Of a DNA stretch of 64,000 bases, positions 40,312 through 50,261 are shown piece by piece. The notes below the pieces were generated by a model that had not been told where the DNA came from, searched no databases, and saw only the letters and a program-made list of their open reading frames with translations. Made by a program: the position numbers and the translations under genes. Each line of letters opens with the position of its first letter. Positions within the stretch are counted from its first letter, which is position 1. The stretch comes from an uncultured Verrucomicrobiae bacterium (lineage in GTDB: Bacteria; Verrucomicrobiota; Verrucomicrobiia; Chthoniobacterales; UBA10450): assembly GCA_963756875.1 (NCBI GenBank), contig CAVWPA010000003.1, positions 992,001 through 1,056,000 of the forward strand. Direction: 5' to 3'.

Positions 40312-41087
40312 CTGGGTCGATGTTGGCGCCGGCAGAGCAATCGCTTGTTTTCAACTGGGACTCGCCGGGGGGTCGTAACCTGGCTGTTGCCGGATTTCTG
40401 GCCGTCTCGCTGGTGGCACACGCCGCCTGCTTTTACATTTTTCAGGTTGTGTATCCGCCGACTGCCGCGCTTTTGCCGCCGCCTGCACGGGTCAGCTTGA
40501 TTACGGCCGATTCCGAAGAAGGCCGGACGCTGTTGCGTTGGATTGACGCGGAAGATCCGGCGCTGGCATTTACGACGAGACGCCCTCCGGACGCCAGGGG
40601 TTACGTTTTGCCGAGGCTGGAGCACGTTCCTTCTTATTTCGCAACGCAACCCGCGTTAAAGAGGGTTCCGCCGCTGCCTGTCGATCTGAGCATGCCCGAT
40701 TCGCAACCGCCTGGCGCGGTGCCGGTGTATCGACGGCCGCCTCCGCCGTCCGTTCGCGCAATCCCGACCAGCGTTGTGTTCTCGAAAGAAGTCGCAGAAC
40801 TCGGCGCACCAGTGTTGCCGCCGGGAAAATTTAGCGCGTCCACTGGTGAAGCTCCGCAAAACCTGCAGTTTCGCGTGGGGATAAGCAGCCGGGGCGAAGT
40901 CCGATATTGTTTTCCAATGAATTCTTCTGGTGACTCGGCGCTGGACGAACAGGCCAGGCGCTATCTCGCGCTTTGCCGTTTCCCGGCGAGAGCGGCGACA
41001 GAATCTCTTATCTGGGGAATCGCGAGCGTGGAGTGGGGGAACGACGTCGCCCGCCCGGAGCCAACATCCAGCCCGTCCGCGCCGTGA
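40308..41087 (+). CDS. TonB-like energy transducer
   Basis: SLVAH TM motif, Pro-rich region, SSGDSALDEQA. Confidence 0.7.
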   Translation: MTGSMLAPAEQSLVFNWDSPGGRNLAVAGFLAVSLVAHAACFYIFQVVYPPTAALLPPPARVSLITADSEEGRTLLRWIDAEDPALAFTTRRPPDARGYVLPRLEHVPSYFATQPALKRVPPLPVDLSMPDSQPPGAVPVYRRPPPPSVRAIPTSVVFSKEVAELGAPVLPPGKFSASTGEAPQNLQFRVGISSRGEVRYCFPMNSSGDSALDEQARRYLALCRFPARAATESLIWGIASVEWGNDVARPEPTSSPSAP

Positions 41088-41323
41088 TCCGCGTTACACT
41101 GGCCGCGCTGGTCACAATTTATCTGCTCCTTTTTCTTGCCACGATTTTCCTTCTTTGGATAGTGGGTGAGTGGAACCGTCGCCGGCGTGAGCGGCGTGCT
41201 TTGCGTTATCGGCTGCGGTGCGTGATTTGCGCGTTTGAATTTGAAGATCGAACAGCGACGTTGCTTCCACGTTGTCCGCGTTGCGGCAGCTTGAACGAAC
41301 GATTTAGATTGGAGCAAATTTAA
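41084..41323 (+). CDS. Small membrane-anchored zinc-ribbon protein
   Basis: GTGA coupling, TM helix, CVIC...CPRCGS. Confidence 0.75.
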   Translation: MIRVTLAALVTIYLLLFLATIFLLWIVGEWNRRRRERRALRYRLRCVICAFEFEDRTATLLPRCPRCGSLNERFRLEQI

Positions 41324-41326
41324 GAC

Positions 41327-42505
41327 ATGGGAATGTGGATTGGCCGTAATCGAAAGGCGCGCGTCACCTACGGGTTCGACGAAATCGCGCTTGTACCGGG
41401 TCGGGTCACGATTAACCCGAACGAAGTGGACATCACTTTTCATATGCCGCGCAAAGATGCAGAGCCGCTGGCGCTGAAGATCCCGGTGCTGGCCAGCGCC
41501 ATGGATGGCGTTGTCGACGTGCGCTTTGCCATCGCAATGAGCAAGCTGGGCGGGCTCGCTGTTCTGAATCTCGAAGGCGTGCAAACCCGCTACAAAAATC
41601 CACAGGAGGTCCTGCAAAAAATTGTCGAGGCGGACAAATCCGAAATCACGGCGTTGTTGCAAAAAATCTACCAGGAGCCGGTGCAGGAAGATTTGATCGC
41701 CGCGCGCATTCGCCAGATCAAGGATGGCGGCGCCATTGCCGCGGTCAGTTCCATTCCCCAACGCGCAGCGGAATTTGGAGCCATCGCCCAGGAAGCGGGC
41801 GCGGATGTTTTTGTCGTTCAAAGTACTGTTTCGACCGTGCGCCATATTTCTTCGGAATATCAATCGCTCGATCTGGAAAAATTCTGCCGCGAGATGCGTA
41901 TTCCAGTGATCGTCGGCAATGCGGTGGGCTACGACGTCACGCTGGACATCATGGAATGCGGCCCGGCCGCGGTCTTGATCGGTGTCGGACCCGGCGCGGC
42001 ATGCACTTCGCGCGGAGTGCTCGGGCTGGGCGTGCCGCAAGTGACAGCCACTGTCGATTGTGCGGCCGCGCGCGATGCTTATTTCAAGAAAACCGCGCGT
42101 TACGTGCCGATTATCACCGATGGTGGCATGAGCAAGGGCGGCGACGTTTGCAAAGCGCTCGCCTGCGGCTCGGATGCTGTCATGGTTGGGAGTGCGTTTG
42201 CCCGCACGCAGGAAGCTCCCGGTCGCGGTTATCATTGGGGCATGGCCACCCCGCACGTCAATCTTCCTCGAGGCACGCGCATCAAAGTCGGTACGACCGG
42301 CTCGCTCAAACAAATTTTGTTCGGACCGGCCGAGGTCGATGACGGCAGTCAAAATCTTGTCGGCGCCGTGACCACTTGCATGGGAAACGTTGGCGCGCGG
42401 ACCCTGGCCGAATTTCAGCAAACCGAAATCATCATTGCCCCTTCCATCCGGACCGAAGGGAAGCTTTTTCAGTCTGTCCAAAACGTCGGCATGGGCACAA
42501 GCTGA
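41327..42505 (+). CDS. GuaB3-type IMP dehydrogenase family protein
   Basis: YGFDEIALVP, SAMDGVVD, GVGPGAACTSR, DGG, HWGMATP; no CBS domain. Confidence 0.9.
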   Translation: MGMWIGRNRKARVTYGFDEIALVPGRVTINPNEVDITFHMPRKDAEPLALKIPVLASAMDGVVDVRFAIAMSKLGGLAVLNLEGVQTRYKNPQEVLQKIVEADKSEITALLQKIYQEPVQEDLIAARIRQIKDGGAIAAVSSIPQRAAEFGAIAQEAGADVFVVQSTVSTVRHISSEYQSLDLEKFCREMRIPVIVGNAVGYDVTLDIMECGPAAVLIGVGPGAACTSRGVLGLGVPQVTATVDCAAARDAYFKKTARYVPIITDGGMSKGGDVCKALACGSDAVMVGSAFARTQEAPGRGYHWGMATPHVNLPRGTRIKVGTTGSLKQILFGPAEVDDGSQNLVGAVTTCMGNVGARTLAEFQQTEIIIAPSIRTEGKLFQSVQNVGMGTS

Positions 42506-42541
42506 GGCCTTAACGCTCCCACGATTTAACGCTTCAACGCC

Positions 42542-43792
42542 ATGAACAACGATCGTCGCGTCGTCATTACAGGCCTCGGTGTGATCACGCCTGTGGGCAA
42601 CGATTTGGCGACTTTTTGGAAAAGTTTGACCGAGGGCAAAAGCGGCATCCGACGAATTCAGGCTTTCGATACGACCGGGTACGACTGTCAGATTGGCGGC
42701 GAGGTCCGCGATTTCGAGCCAAAGAATTTCTTCAAGAACCCAAAGGACGTCCGTCGCACCGATCGTTTTGCCCAACTCGCCATGGCCGCGGCCAAGATGT
42801 CGATCCAGGATAGCGGGGTCGACCTGGAACGCGTCAATCGCGACCGGTTCGGCGTGCTGGTCAGCAGCGGAATCGGTGGATTGAAAACACTCGAGGACCA
42901 ATTCAGCACCTTGATGAACAAAGGGCCCGGTCGCGTCTCCGCGTTCACTATCCCAATGCTCATCAGCAACATGGCGAGTGGGCTGATCTCGATGGAGTTT
43001 GGATTACGCGGCCCCAACCTGTGCATCGTCACCGCCTGCGCGACGTCCAACAACGCCATTGGCGAATCATGGCGCATGATCAAGTTTGGCGATGCGGATA
43101 TTTTCGTCGCAGGCGGCTCGGAAGCGGCCATCGTCGAACTGGGTCTGGCCGGCTTTTCTGCCATGAAGGCACTCAGCCGGCGCAACGACCAACCGGAACG
43201 CGCTTCGCGTCCCTTCGATCGCGATCGCGACGGCTTCATCATGAGCGAGGGAGCGGGTGTTGCGATTGTCGAAGAGCTCGAACATGCGAAGAAGCGCGGC
43301 GCAAAAATTTACTGTGAACTGGCAGGTTACGGACTTTCTGCCGACGCGTATCACATGACCGCGCCGCCGGAAGATGGCGAAGGAGCGGCTCGCGCCATGA
43401 AGCTGGCACTCGATCACGCCCACCTTTCGCCCGAGCAGGTTGATTACATCAACGCGCACGCCACTTCCACTGGCCTTGGCGACATCAGTGAGACCCGTGC
43501 CATCAAAATGGTGTTCGGAGATCAGCCGAAGAATGCCTCCATCAGCTCGACCAAATCGATGACCGGCCACTTGTTAGGCGGCGCCGGCGCCGTGGAAATG
43601 GCCGCCTGCGCCATGGCGATCCGTGACGGCATCATCCCGCCAACGATCAATCTCGAAAATCCGGATCCGCTCTGCGATCTCGATTACACGGCCAACAAGG
43701 CGAAGGAAAAAAAGGTCCGCGTCGCCATGAACAACTCATTCGGTTTCGGCGGCCACAACGCCACCCTCGTCCTCACCGCGTTTGAGGATTAG
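42542..43792 (+). CDS. fabF: 3-oxoacyl-ACP synthase II
   Basis: VVITGLG, TACAT, NAHATST, KSMTGHLLG, NSFGFGGHN. Confidence 0.96.
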   Translation: MNNDRRVVITGLGVITPVGNDLATFWKSLTEGKSGIRRIQAFDTTGYDCQIGGEVRDFEPKNFFKNPKDVRRTDRFAQLAMAAAKMSIQDSGVDLERVNRDRFGVLVSSGIGGLKTLEDQFSTLMNKGPGRVSAFTIPMLISNMASGLISMEFGLRGPNLCIVTACATSNNAIGESWRMIKFGDADIFVAGGSEAAIVELGLAGFSAMKALSRRNDQPERASRPFDRDRDGFIMSEGAGVAIVEELEHAKKRGAKIYCELAGYGLSADAYHMTAPPEDGEGAARAMKLALDHAHLSPEQVDYINAHATSTGLGDISETRAIKMVFGDQPKNASISSTKSMTGHLLGGAGAVEMAACAMAIRDGIIPPTINLENPDPLCDLDYTANKAKEKKVRVAMNNSFGFGGHNATLVLTAFED

Positions 43793-43812
43793 TAGCGCTG
43801 CCCGAAGATTTC

Positions 43813-43928
43813 CCCGCGAATCACGCTAATTCACGCGAATCGGAGAAGAGAGCTTTCTTAAACTCCCCGAATCTCGCAGGGTGTTGAACCGCCGGTTCTT
43901 GGACCTTACATTCGCGTTCATTCGCGGG
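43813..43928. repeat. CGCGAAT-type inverted short-unit repeat
   Basis: cccgcgaat-cacgctaatt-cacgcgaat ... attcgcgttc-attcgcggg. Confidence 0.75.
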
Positions 43929-43955
43929 CTAAAATGGGTCCGATCGATTATTGCC

Positions 43956-45200
43956 TCACCGTTCGGGGTTCACCGGGAAGTGTTTGTTCTTGAGACGCTC
44001 GGGGACGCGCTTCGTTTGTTCCGCCTCAATCTTTTCCGTTGCCGCGTTTAACGCATCGTACGCTTCGCGGCTTTTTTTGGCTCGGCACATGTAAGCCGTG
44101 GCGTGCCCGAGCGGAATCCGCGCTTCGGGCAAACCGACGAATTCAACAGCCTGTTGCGTGGCAATCGCCAGTGGCAACGCTTCCGAGTCGGCCAGGCCGA
44201 TATCTTCGCTGGCAAAGATCACGATCCTTCGCGCGATGAAACGGAAATCCTCACCGGCGTGCAGCATCTTCGCCAACCAATACATCGCGCTCTCTTCATC
44301 GGATGCGCGCATGCCTTTGATGAAAGCGCTGATCGTGTCGTAATGCGCGTCGCCGGCACGATCGTAAACGACGGCTTTTTGCTGAATGCTTTCCTCGGCA
44401 ACGGCCAACGTGAAATGGATCACTCCAGAATCCGCTGGAGGGACGCGCTCCGTCGCGTCCTTTTGCCTTTGAGAAGGCTTGGACGACACGGAGGTCGTCC
44501 CTCCAGTTGGCGGTGTGGTGAGCACCCCAATCTCTAGTGCGTTCAAACATTTGCGCGCGTCGCCGTCGCTTAGTTTGGCCAGGTGGCGACGAGCATCTTT
44601 GTCCATGCGGACGTTGTAATTTCCGAGTCCACGCTCTTTATCGGCCAAAGCGCGATCGATCAATTGTCCCAGCTGCTCAACCCGAAGCGGTTCGAGCTGG
44701 AAAACCTGAGAGCGGGAGACCAGCGGGCTGTTGACGTAAAAGAACGGATTGTAAGTGGTCGCGCCGATTAATCTCAGATTTCCGCTTTCCACGTCTGGTA
44801 GAAGAATGTCCTGCTGCGCCTTGTTGAAATGATGGATCTCATCAATGAACAAAATGGTTTTTTGCCCGGACGTGCGAAGCCGGTTCGTTGCCGCGGCGAT
44901 CGCGCGGCGCATTTCAGCGACATTGCTTTCCACGCCGCTCAGACGCACGAATTTCGCGTGCGTCATATCGGCAATGATGTGGGCCAGCGTCGTTTTCCCC
45001 GTGCCGGGCGGGCCGGATAAAATTACCGAAGGGAGACGATCAGCCTCGATCGCGCGTCGCAGCAATTTTCCCGGCGCCAGAATATGTTCCTGCCCTGCAA
45101 ACTCATCGAGCGAACGAGGGCGCATGCGGGTCGCCAGCGGGGCGCCGGCGTTTGTGCCTCCGCGATCGACATTTTCTTCCTCGTTGAAAAGGTCGTGCAC
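43956..45200 (-). CDS. rarA: Replication-associated recombination protein A (MgsA)
   Basis: PLATRMRP, GPPGTGKTT, DEIH, GDAR, HYDTISAFIK, ASEDIGLAD. Confidence 0.93.
   Translation of the reverse strand: MHDLFNEEENVDRGGTNAGAPLATRMRPRSLDEFAGQEHILAPGKLLRRAIEADRLPSVILSGPPGTGKTTLAHIIADMTHAKFVRLSGVESNVAEMRRAIAAATNRLRTSGQKTILFIDEIHHFNKAQQDILLPDVESGNLRLIGATTYNPFFYVNSPLVSRSQVFQLEPLRVEQLGQLIDRALADKERGLGNYNVRMDKDARRHLAKLSDGDARKCLNALEIGVLTTPPTGGTTSVSSKPSQRQKDATERVPPADSGVIHFTLAVAEESIQQKAVVYDRAGDAHYDTISAFIKGMRASDEESAMYWLAKMLHAGEDFRFIARRIVIFASEDIGLADSEALPLAIATQQAVEFVGLPEARIPLGHATAYMCRAKKSREAYDALNAATEKIEAEQTKRVPERLKNKHFPVNPER
44435..44506. repeat. CTGGAGGGACG...CGTCCCTCCAG REP-like doublet, in frame inside rarA
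   Basis: 72 bp, 11-bp inverted termini, two hairpins; encodes about GGTTSVSSKPSQRQKDATERVPP. Confidence 0.88.
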
Positions 45201-45266
45201 ACACAAAACTACGGCGCGCGGCGTGTTATTTCCAGTACTGCACAATGGCACGGCCTTGCTGCGAAG

Positions 45267-45418
45267 CACCCTCACCAGGCGCTTCGTGCCTGCCGAGCCG
45301 TAGGTCGCCGCGGCGACCTACGGCTGGTCCTCGTCTCTTTCTATCCCGCCGGGAGAGACGGACGCGCAGCGCCAGTGAGGGTAAAGGAGTGGGTTTGGAG
45401 AGGGTGGAGGTGAGGGTG
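45267..45418. repeat. CCCTCACC composite palindromic element
   Basis: Near reverse complement of 60411-60564; contains a perfect 30-bp palindrome at 45296-45325. Confidence 0.9.
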
Positions 45419-45512
45419 ATCTCTTCCCGTTCAAATCACCGTCGACCAACGCTACCGACCGGTGCGGGCGAAGCTTGTGATTGTGTCGCTTGATCGCTAA
45501 GTTCCCGTTCAG

Positions 45513-46001
45513 ATGAAAAATATACTGGTTCCGATCGATTTTTCGGACGCAACGGCGAGGGTAATCGACCAGGCCAAACAGGCTGCGAGCGCCTTTGGCG
45601 CCGAAATCCACCTGGTACACGTGAAGGAACTGATGCCGGCGTCGCCGCCCAGCAGTTTTGGCTACGGAGTGGCAGGAACTCCTGAGCTTATGCCGATGCC
45701 GAACAGTCCTGTCCCTACCATTACTCCCGTCTCGCCGGAAATCGATCAGCGCCAGAAATCAAAGATGGCTGATTGGCAAAAGGAAATCCAGCAAGCGGGC
45801 GTTAAAGTTTTCTTGCACGTACCTACCGGGAACGTGGTCGAGGAAATTCTGCGAGAAGCCAATACACTTAAACCGGATCTGATCGTGATGGGCCGGCATG
45901 GTCATGGTGCCATGTACAATTTGCTGGTCGGGAGCGTCACCGAAGGTGTGCTTAAACAGAGCGCGTGCCCGGTTCTGCTCGTTCCGAGCGCTCGATCGTA
46001 A
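45513..46001 (+). CDS. Universal stress protein
   Basis: ILVPIDFS, DLIVMGRHG, GSVTEGVL, CPVLLVP. Confidence 0.93.
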   Translation: MKNILVPIDFSDATARVIDQAKQAASAFGAEIHLVHVKELMPASPPSSFGYGVAGTPELMPMPNSPVPTITPVSPEIDQRQKSKMADWQKEIQQAGVKVFLHVPTGNVVEEILREANTLKPDLIVMGRHGHGAMYNLLVGSVTEGVLKQSACPVLLVPSARS

Positions 46002-46362
46002 CTTCGAAAAGCAATCATCCTGGTTTGCCGCCCTGGTCGCTTTCGTATTCGCGACCAATTTCGCCACCATGCCCGCGGCGGACTACCGCGGCGACGCCAT
46101 GGCGTTATGCTGCCGGAGCTCGTTCGCGTTTCAGTCGCGACTTTGTTAGCCAACTCGGGTCCGGCCAGTTTGCGATGTTGGAAGGGCTAAAAATGGAAAC
46201 GCACCTGAATTACTACTGGTTTCCGAACTCCGTTGAGGTCTCTCAGTAAGGCAAGGCCTGACAGAATTAACTGGAACTCTGGCCCTCTGATTCCGTAGAA
46301 GCTGCTGTGAGGGCTACTTCTGCGATGCAAAACTCAAACATCGGCGCGGTGGCAGACGGCGC

Positions 46363-48666
46363 GTGAAATTCACGAACGCGCTGCCGCGTCAGCCGTTTCT
46401 TGGTCTGACGCTGGCTGCCGTGGCCGGAATTGTGGTGGCGGAGTTGTTGCCGGTCGCGCCCTTGCATTGGTTGTTGTTCGGGACGCTTTTCGCAATCGGG
46501 GCAGCCGCTGCATTGCGCTGGCCGAAAGTAGGGCTGGCCTACGCGCTCGTCTGGTTCGGCTTCCTTGCCCTGCACGTCTTTCAAACCAGGGACACGATGG
46601 GGCTTCGCCTGGCCGCGAAACTTGGCGAGCGGCCCCGCGCTGTCCATGTGTCGGGATGGGTTGCGACCGAGCCCAAAATTGCGCCGAACAAGTTCGCAAC
46701 ATTTCTGTTCAAGCTGGAATCGATCGAATTCGAAGGAAAGACATTGCCGACTCGGGCGACATTGCTGGTTCGCTGGCGCGGCGCACCGCAACCCGGCGAC
46801 GAATTCAAATTTTTCGGGATCGCGGAGCCGATCGCCCCGCCGCGCAATCCTGGCGAGTTCGATATGCGGTCGTATCTGGCGCGCCGGGATGTGTACCGAA
46901 GTTTGTTCGTTCGTTATGCCGAAAACGGAACATTGATTCGACGCGGTGGCGCAGATCCGCTCTCGCGCGCGGCGCGGAAATCGCGGGACTGGATGCAAAG
47001 CGTGCTTTGTCGGAATTTGGACGACTCGCCCGATGTGCAAAACTTCATCAGCGGGATCGCGCTCGGCCTGCGGCACCAGACTCCGCAGGATATTGAGGAG
47101 CCGTTTCAACAGACCGGAACTCTCCATCTTTTTGCAGTAGCAGGTTTGCACGTTGGCATCGTGGCGCGGCTTCTCTGGATCGTGGCCGGCGCGGCGAGAT
47201 TGTCTCGCAAATGGGCCGTTGCAGTCATTATTCCGCTTCTTCTTTTCTATGCGGCTATTACGGGTCTGCATGTTTCCAGCATGCGTGCTGCGGTGATGAC
47301 CTCGGTCCTGCTCGGCGGTTTCTATTTTGAGCGGAGGGTCTTTACGTTGAACAGCCTGGCCGCGGCGGCATTTTTTCTTTTGGCATGGGACACCAACGAA
47401 TTGTTCGCCGCTGGATTTCAACTGTCATTTGCGGTAGTGGGCGCAATCGTCCTGCTCGCCGATCCGGCGTTTGAATCGATGCGGCGCTGTGCTGCTCCCG
47501 ATCCGTTTTTACCGCGAAGTCTATTGAGCAGGCCGCGTCGATGGGCCGGTTTTGGTTTCGAGTCGATTTGCCGGGGCGGCTCGGTTTCTCTCGCAGCATG
47601 GCTCGGGTCCCTGCTGCTTATTGTTTGGTATTTTCATCTGGTCACTCCCATTTCGCTATTGGCGAACCTGGTCGTCGTCCCGATTGCCTTTTTTATTCTC
47701 GCAATTGCGCTGGTCTCGATCTTAGCCGCACCGTTTCTTGCGCCCGTCTCGATTGTTTTTAATAACGCAAATTGGTGCCTGGCGCGACTGGTTCTCGTGC
47801 TGGTGCATTGGTTCGCGCAGATTCCCGGCGGTCATTACTACGTCGCCCAGCCGCATTGGCCGACACGAGCCAGGACTAAAATTATTGTGCTCGACGTTGG
47901 TGCCGGTGCGGCGGTGCATTTGCGGGTACCCGGGGCAAATTGGCTTTTTGATTGTGGAAGCCAGCGCGATTACGGCCGTGTCCTTCTTCCATACTTGCAC
48001 GCGGCCGGTGTGAATCGGATCGACGGATTGTTGCTCAGCCACGGCGATTCCCGTCACATCGGCGCCGCGGAATTGTTGCTTAAAGATTTTCTTCCCCGGG
48101 CTCTGATCGACAATCCGGCGCCTGACCGGTCAAGCGCTCATCGTCGATTACGCAGTTTTTTTGCAACTCGCAGGATCGAGCCGATGAATTTGAGCACGGG
48201 CGAAGATTTCAGCCTCGGTCGTGGCGTATCCGCGAAGATTCTTTTTCCCCCGCGCGATCTTCCTGCGACCAGCGCGGATGACAAGGCGTTTGTGGTGCAA
48301 TTGTCCGTCTCGCGCGCCGGCAGGATCTTGTTCATGTCGGACAGCGGTTATGCGACCGAGCAGGCGTTGCTCGATTCCGGCGCGGATTTGCGCAGCGATA
48401 TTTTGATCAAAGGGCAGCATCGTTCCGGTCAATCGGGTTCGGACGCATTTCTCGATGCCGTGAAACCGAAATTGATTGTCGCTACTTCGCGCGATTTTCC
48501 CGACTCGGAGCGAGTTAGCGACGATTGGGCGGTCCGATTGCGGGACCGCGGCATCAAACTATTTCGGCAGGACGAGACCGGCGCGGTGGAACTCTATTTT
48601 AGCGAGCGCGACTGGAAAGCGCAGGCCTACATAACCGGCGAAACTTTTCGCAGCGCCGATCGGTAA
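46363..48666 (+). CDS. comEC: ComEC/Rec2 competence protein
   Basis: RNPGEFD, HLFAVAGLHVG, GFQLSF, C-terminal MBL domain (LSHGDSRH). Confidence 0.92.
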   Translation: MKFTNALPRQPFLGLTLAAVAGIVVAELLPVAPLHWLLFGTLFAIGAAAALRWPKVGLAYALVWFGFLALHVFQTRDTMGLRLAAKLGERPRAVHVSGWVATEPKIAPNKFATFLFKLESIEFEGKTLPTRATLLVRWRGAPQPGDEFKFFGIAEPIAPPRNPGEFDMRSYLARRDVYRSLFVRYAENGTLIRRGGADPLSRAARKSRDWMQSVLCRNLDDSPDVQNFISGIALGLRHQTPQDIEEPFQQTGTLHLFAVAGLHVGIVARLLWIVAGAARLSRKWAVAVIIPLLLFYAAITGLHVSSMRAAVMTSVLLGGFYFERRVFTLNSLAAAAFFLLAWDTNELFAAGFQLSFAVVGAIVLLADPAFESMRRCAAPDPFLPRSLLSRPRRWAGFGFESICRGGSVSLAAWLGSLLLIVWYFHLVTPISLLANLVVVPIAFFILAIALVSILAAPFLAPVSIVFNNANWCLARLVLVLVHWFAQIPGGHYYVAQPHWPTRARTKIIVLDVGAGAAVHLRVPGANWLFDCGSQRDYGRVLLPYLHAAGVNRIDGLLLSHGDSRHIGAAELLLKDFLPRALIDNPAPDRSSAHRRLRSFFATRRIEPMNLSTGEDFSLGRGVSAKILFPPRDLPATSADDKAFVVQLSVSRAGRILFMSDSGYATEQALLDSGADLRSDILIKGQHRSGQSGSDAFLDAVKPKLIVATSRDFPDSERVSDDWAVRLRDRGIKLFRQDETGAVELYFSERDWKAQAYITGETFRSADR

Positions 48667-49220
48667 ACAGCGATGCCGCGTTGCAAAAAACGTGTTTCGA
48701 ATGTCGAAGAAGGGAACTCGCCATTTGTTTCTATCGGCACAAAATCGCGCGATTGCGCGGCTAATTGCCGGATCCAATCAAAATAGTCGCACTGATCCGT
48801 AGCGATTCGTAGGACCCCATTTTCTTCAAGCGCTGCGTGGATTGCTCTCAGGAAATCGCGTGTCACAACGCGCCTCCGTTGATGCCGTCGCTTCGGCCAT
48901 GGATCCGGGAACATGAGATGAAAAGCCTCGACCGAGCCTGGCGGGATCAAATGGTTCACGGCGTATGAGCTTTCCAAATGCAAAACACGCGCGTTTCGGA
49001 TTCTTGATGCTTTGCGGCACGCCTTCTCGATGCGGCCCGACATACGCTCGATTCCAAGGAAGTTTTTCTCGGGATAGCGTTTTGCCAAAGCAACCAGAAA
49101 CGAACCATCGCCGCAGCCAAGATCGACTTGCAACGATGCGATGCGTCCGAAGACTTTCGTCAGGTCGAGTCGCCCAACATAGGATTCCGGCATTAGTTCC
49201 ACCACGGAAGGAAATTGCAA
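48627..49220 (-). CDS. trmB: tRNA (guanine-N7)-methyltransferase
   Basis: DLGCGDG, FPDPWPKRRH, ATD, TFE. Confidence 0.92.
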   Translation of the reverse strand: MQFPSVVELMPESYVGRLDLTKVFGRIASLQVDLGCGDGSFLVALAKRYPEKNFLGIERMSGRIEKACRKASRIRNARVLHLESSYAVNHLIPPGSVEAFHLMFPDPWPKRRHQRRRVVTRDFLRAIHAALEENGVLRIATDQCDYFDWIRQLAAQSRDFVPIETNGEFPSSTFETRFLQRGIAVYRSALRKVSPVM

Positions 49221-49472
49221 CCATTGCGAGGCGATTCAACCTCGCAATCGAATTCGTAGAATGAACGTGTTCTCGTAAATGTTCCAGCCATACCCCTGCT
49301 TGCCACGGCATAGTCCCGCGGCTGCAGGACGACGGCGGGTGGGGCGTTTGGCTTTTGCGTCGCTTCGAGGCGTCCCAGAGGGCGCACAGCGCTCTGCCGA
49401 CAAGAAAAAATTGCAAATTCGATCCGGTTCGGGAACAGATTGCTGGCCTGCGGTGTCCAAGTATCAATCCAT

Positions 49473-50096
49473 ATGAAGCCATTTTTCATAAGCATCCTTT
49501 TTGTCTCGGCGTTGAGCGCGCCGGCCGTCGATTCCAGCCGTGGCCAAAGTTTTCCTTCACCCTCACCGGCCACGAGAACGGCGGTATTCGCCGGCGGCTG
49601 CTTCTGGTGCATTCAGCCGGCATTCGATAAAGCCAATGGAGTAATCAAAACCGTCGTCGGTTATTGCGGCGGCACCGAACCGAATCCGACTTACGAACTC
49701 GTTACAACGGAGAAGACGAAATATCGTGAGTCGATCGAGATCACGTACGATCCATCGAAAATTTCCTACGACCAGTTGCTCGATATCTACTGGAAACAAA
49801 TCGATCCCACTCAGGCAGATGGGCAGTTTACCGACATCGGACCAAGTTATCGCGCGGCGATTTTTTGTAGCACCGATGAAGAGAAGAAAGCTGCCGAAGC
49901 GTCAAAGGAAAAACTGGCACGCTCAGGAAAATTCAAAAAACCAATCGTCACGGAAATTCTGCCGGCGATGAAGTTTTATCCGGCGGAGGCCTATCATCAG
50001 AAATATTACCGGCAAAACCCGGGGCATTTCGAAGCATTCGAACAAGGTTCCGGGCGCACCTCGTTTCAAGAGAAAAACTGGAACAAGAAGCCGTGA
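49473..50096 (+). CDS. msrA: Peptide methionine sulfoxide reductase A, with signal peptide
   Basis: GGCFWC, DPT, GQFTD.G..YR, AEAYHQKYY. Confidence 0.93.
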   Translation: MKPFFISILFVSALSAPAVDSSRGQSFPSPSPATRTAVFAGGCFWCIQPAFDKANGVIKTVVGYCGGTEPNPTYELVTTEKTKYRESIEITYDPSKISYDQLLDIYWKQIDPTQADGQFTDIGPSYRAAIFCSTDEEKKAAEASKEKLARSGKFKKPIVTEILPAMKFYPAEAYHQKYYRQNPGHFEAFEQGSGRTSFQEKNWNKKP

Positions 50097-50105
50097 CGAA
50101 GGGAT

Positions 50106-50178
50106 CTGTAGCCACGCCCCTGTGGGGCGTCCGCATCACGTCGCTCTTCCCGGACGGCGCACAGCGCCGTGGCTACAG
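50106..50178. repeat. REP-like doublet TGTAGCCAC...GTGGCTACA
   Basis: Same family as 61517-61591. Confidence 0.85.
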
Positions 50179-50261
50179 CGTCCGTGTCGCCGCTGGTGGG
50201 GCGCCGTAACGCGGGTGAAGGAGCGGCCGGGCTTTCAAACTCTGTCGAGCCGACGACTAGG

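Noticed and set aside
40961..42901. 646-aa antisense ORF and other long shadow ORFs (for example 1853-2677, 46267-47421, 57445-58611)
   Set aside because: They lie opposite well-supported genes in GC-rich DNA and have no motifs.
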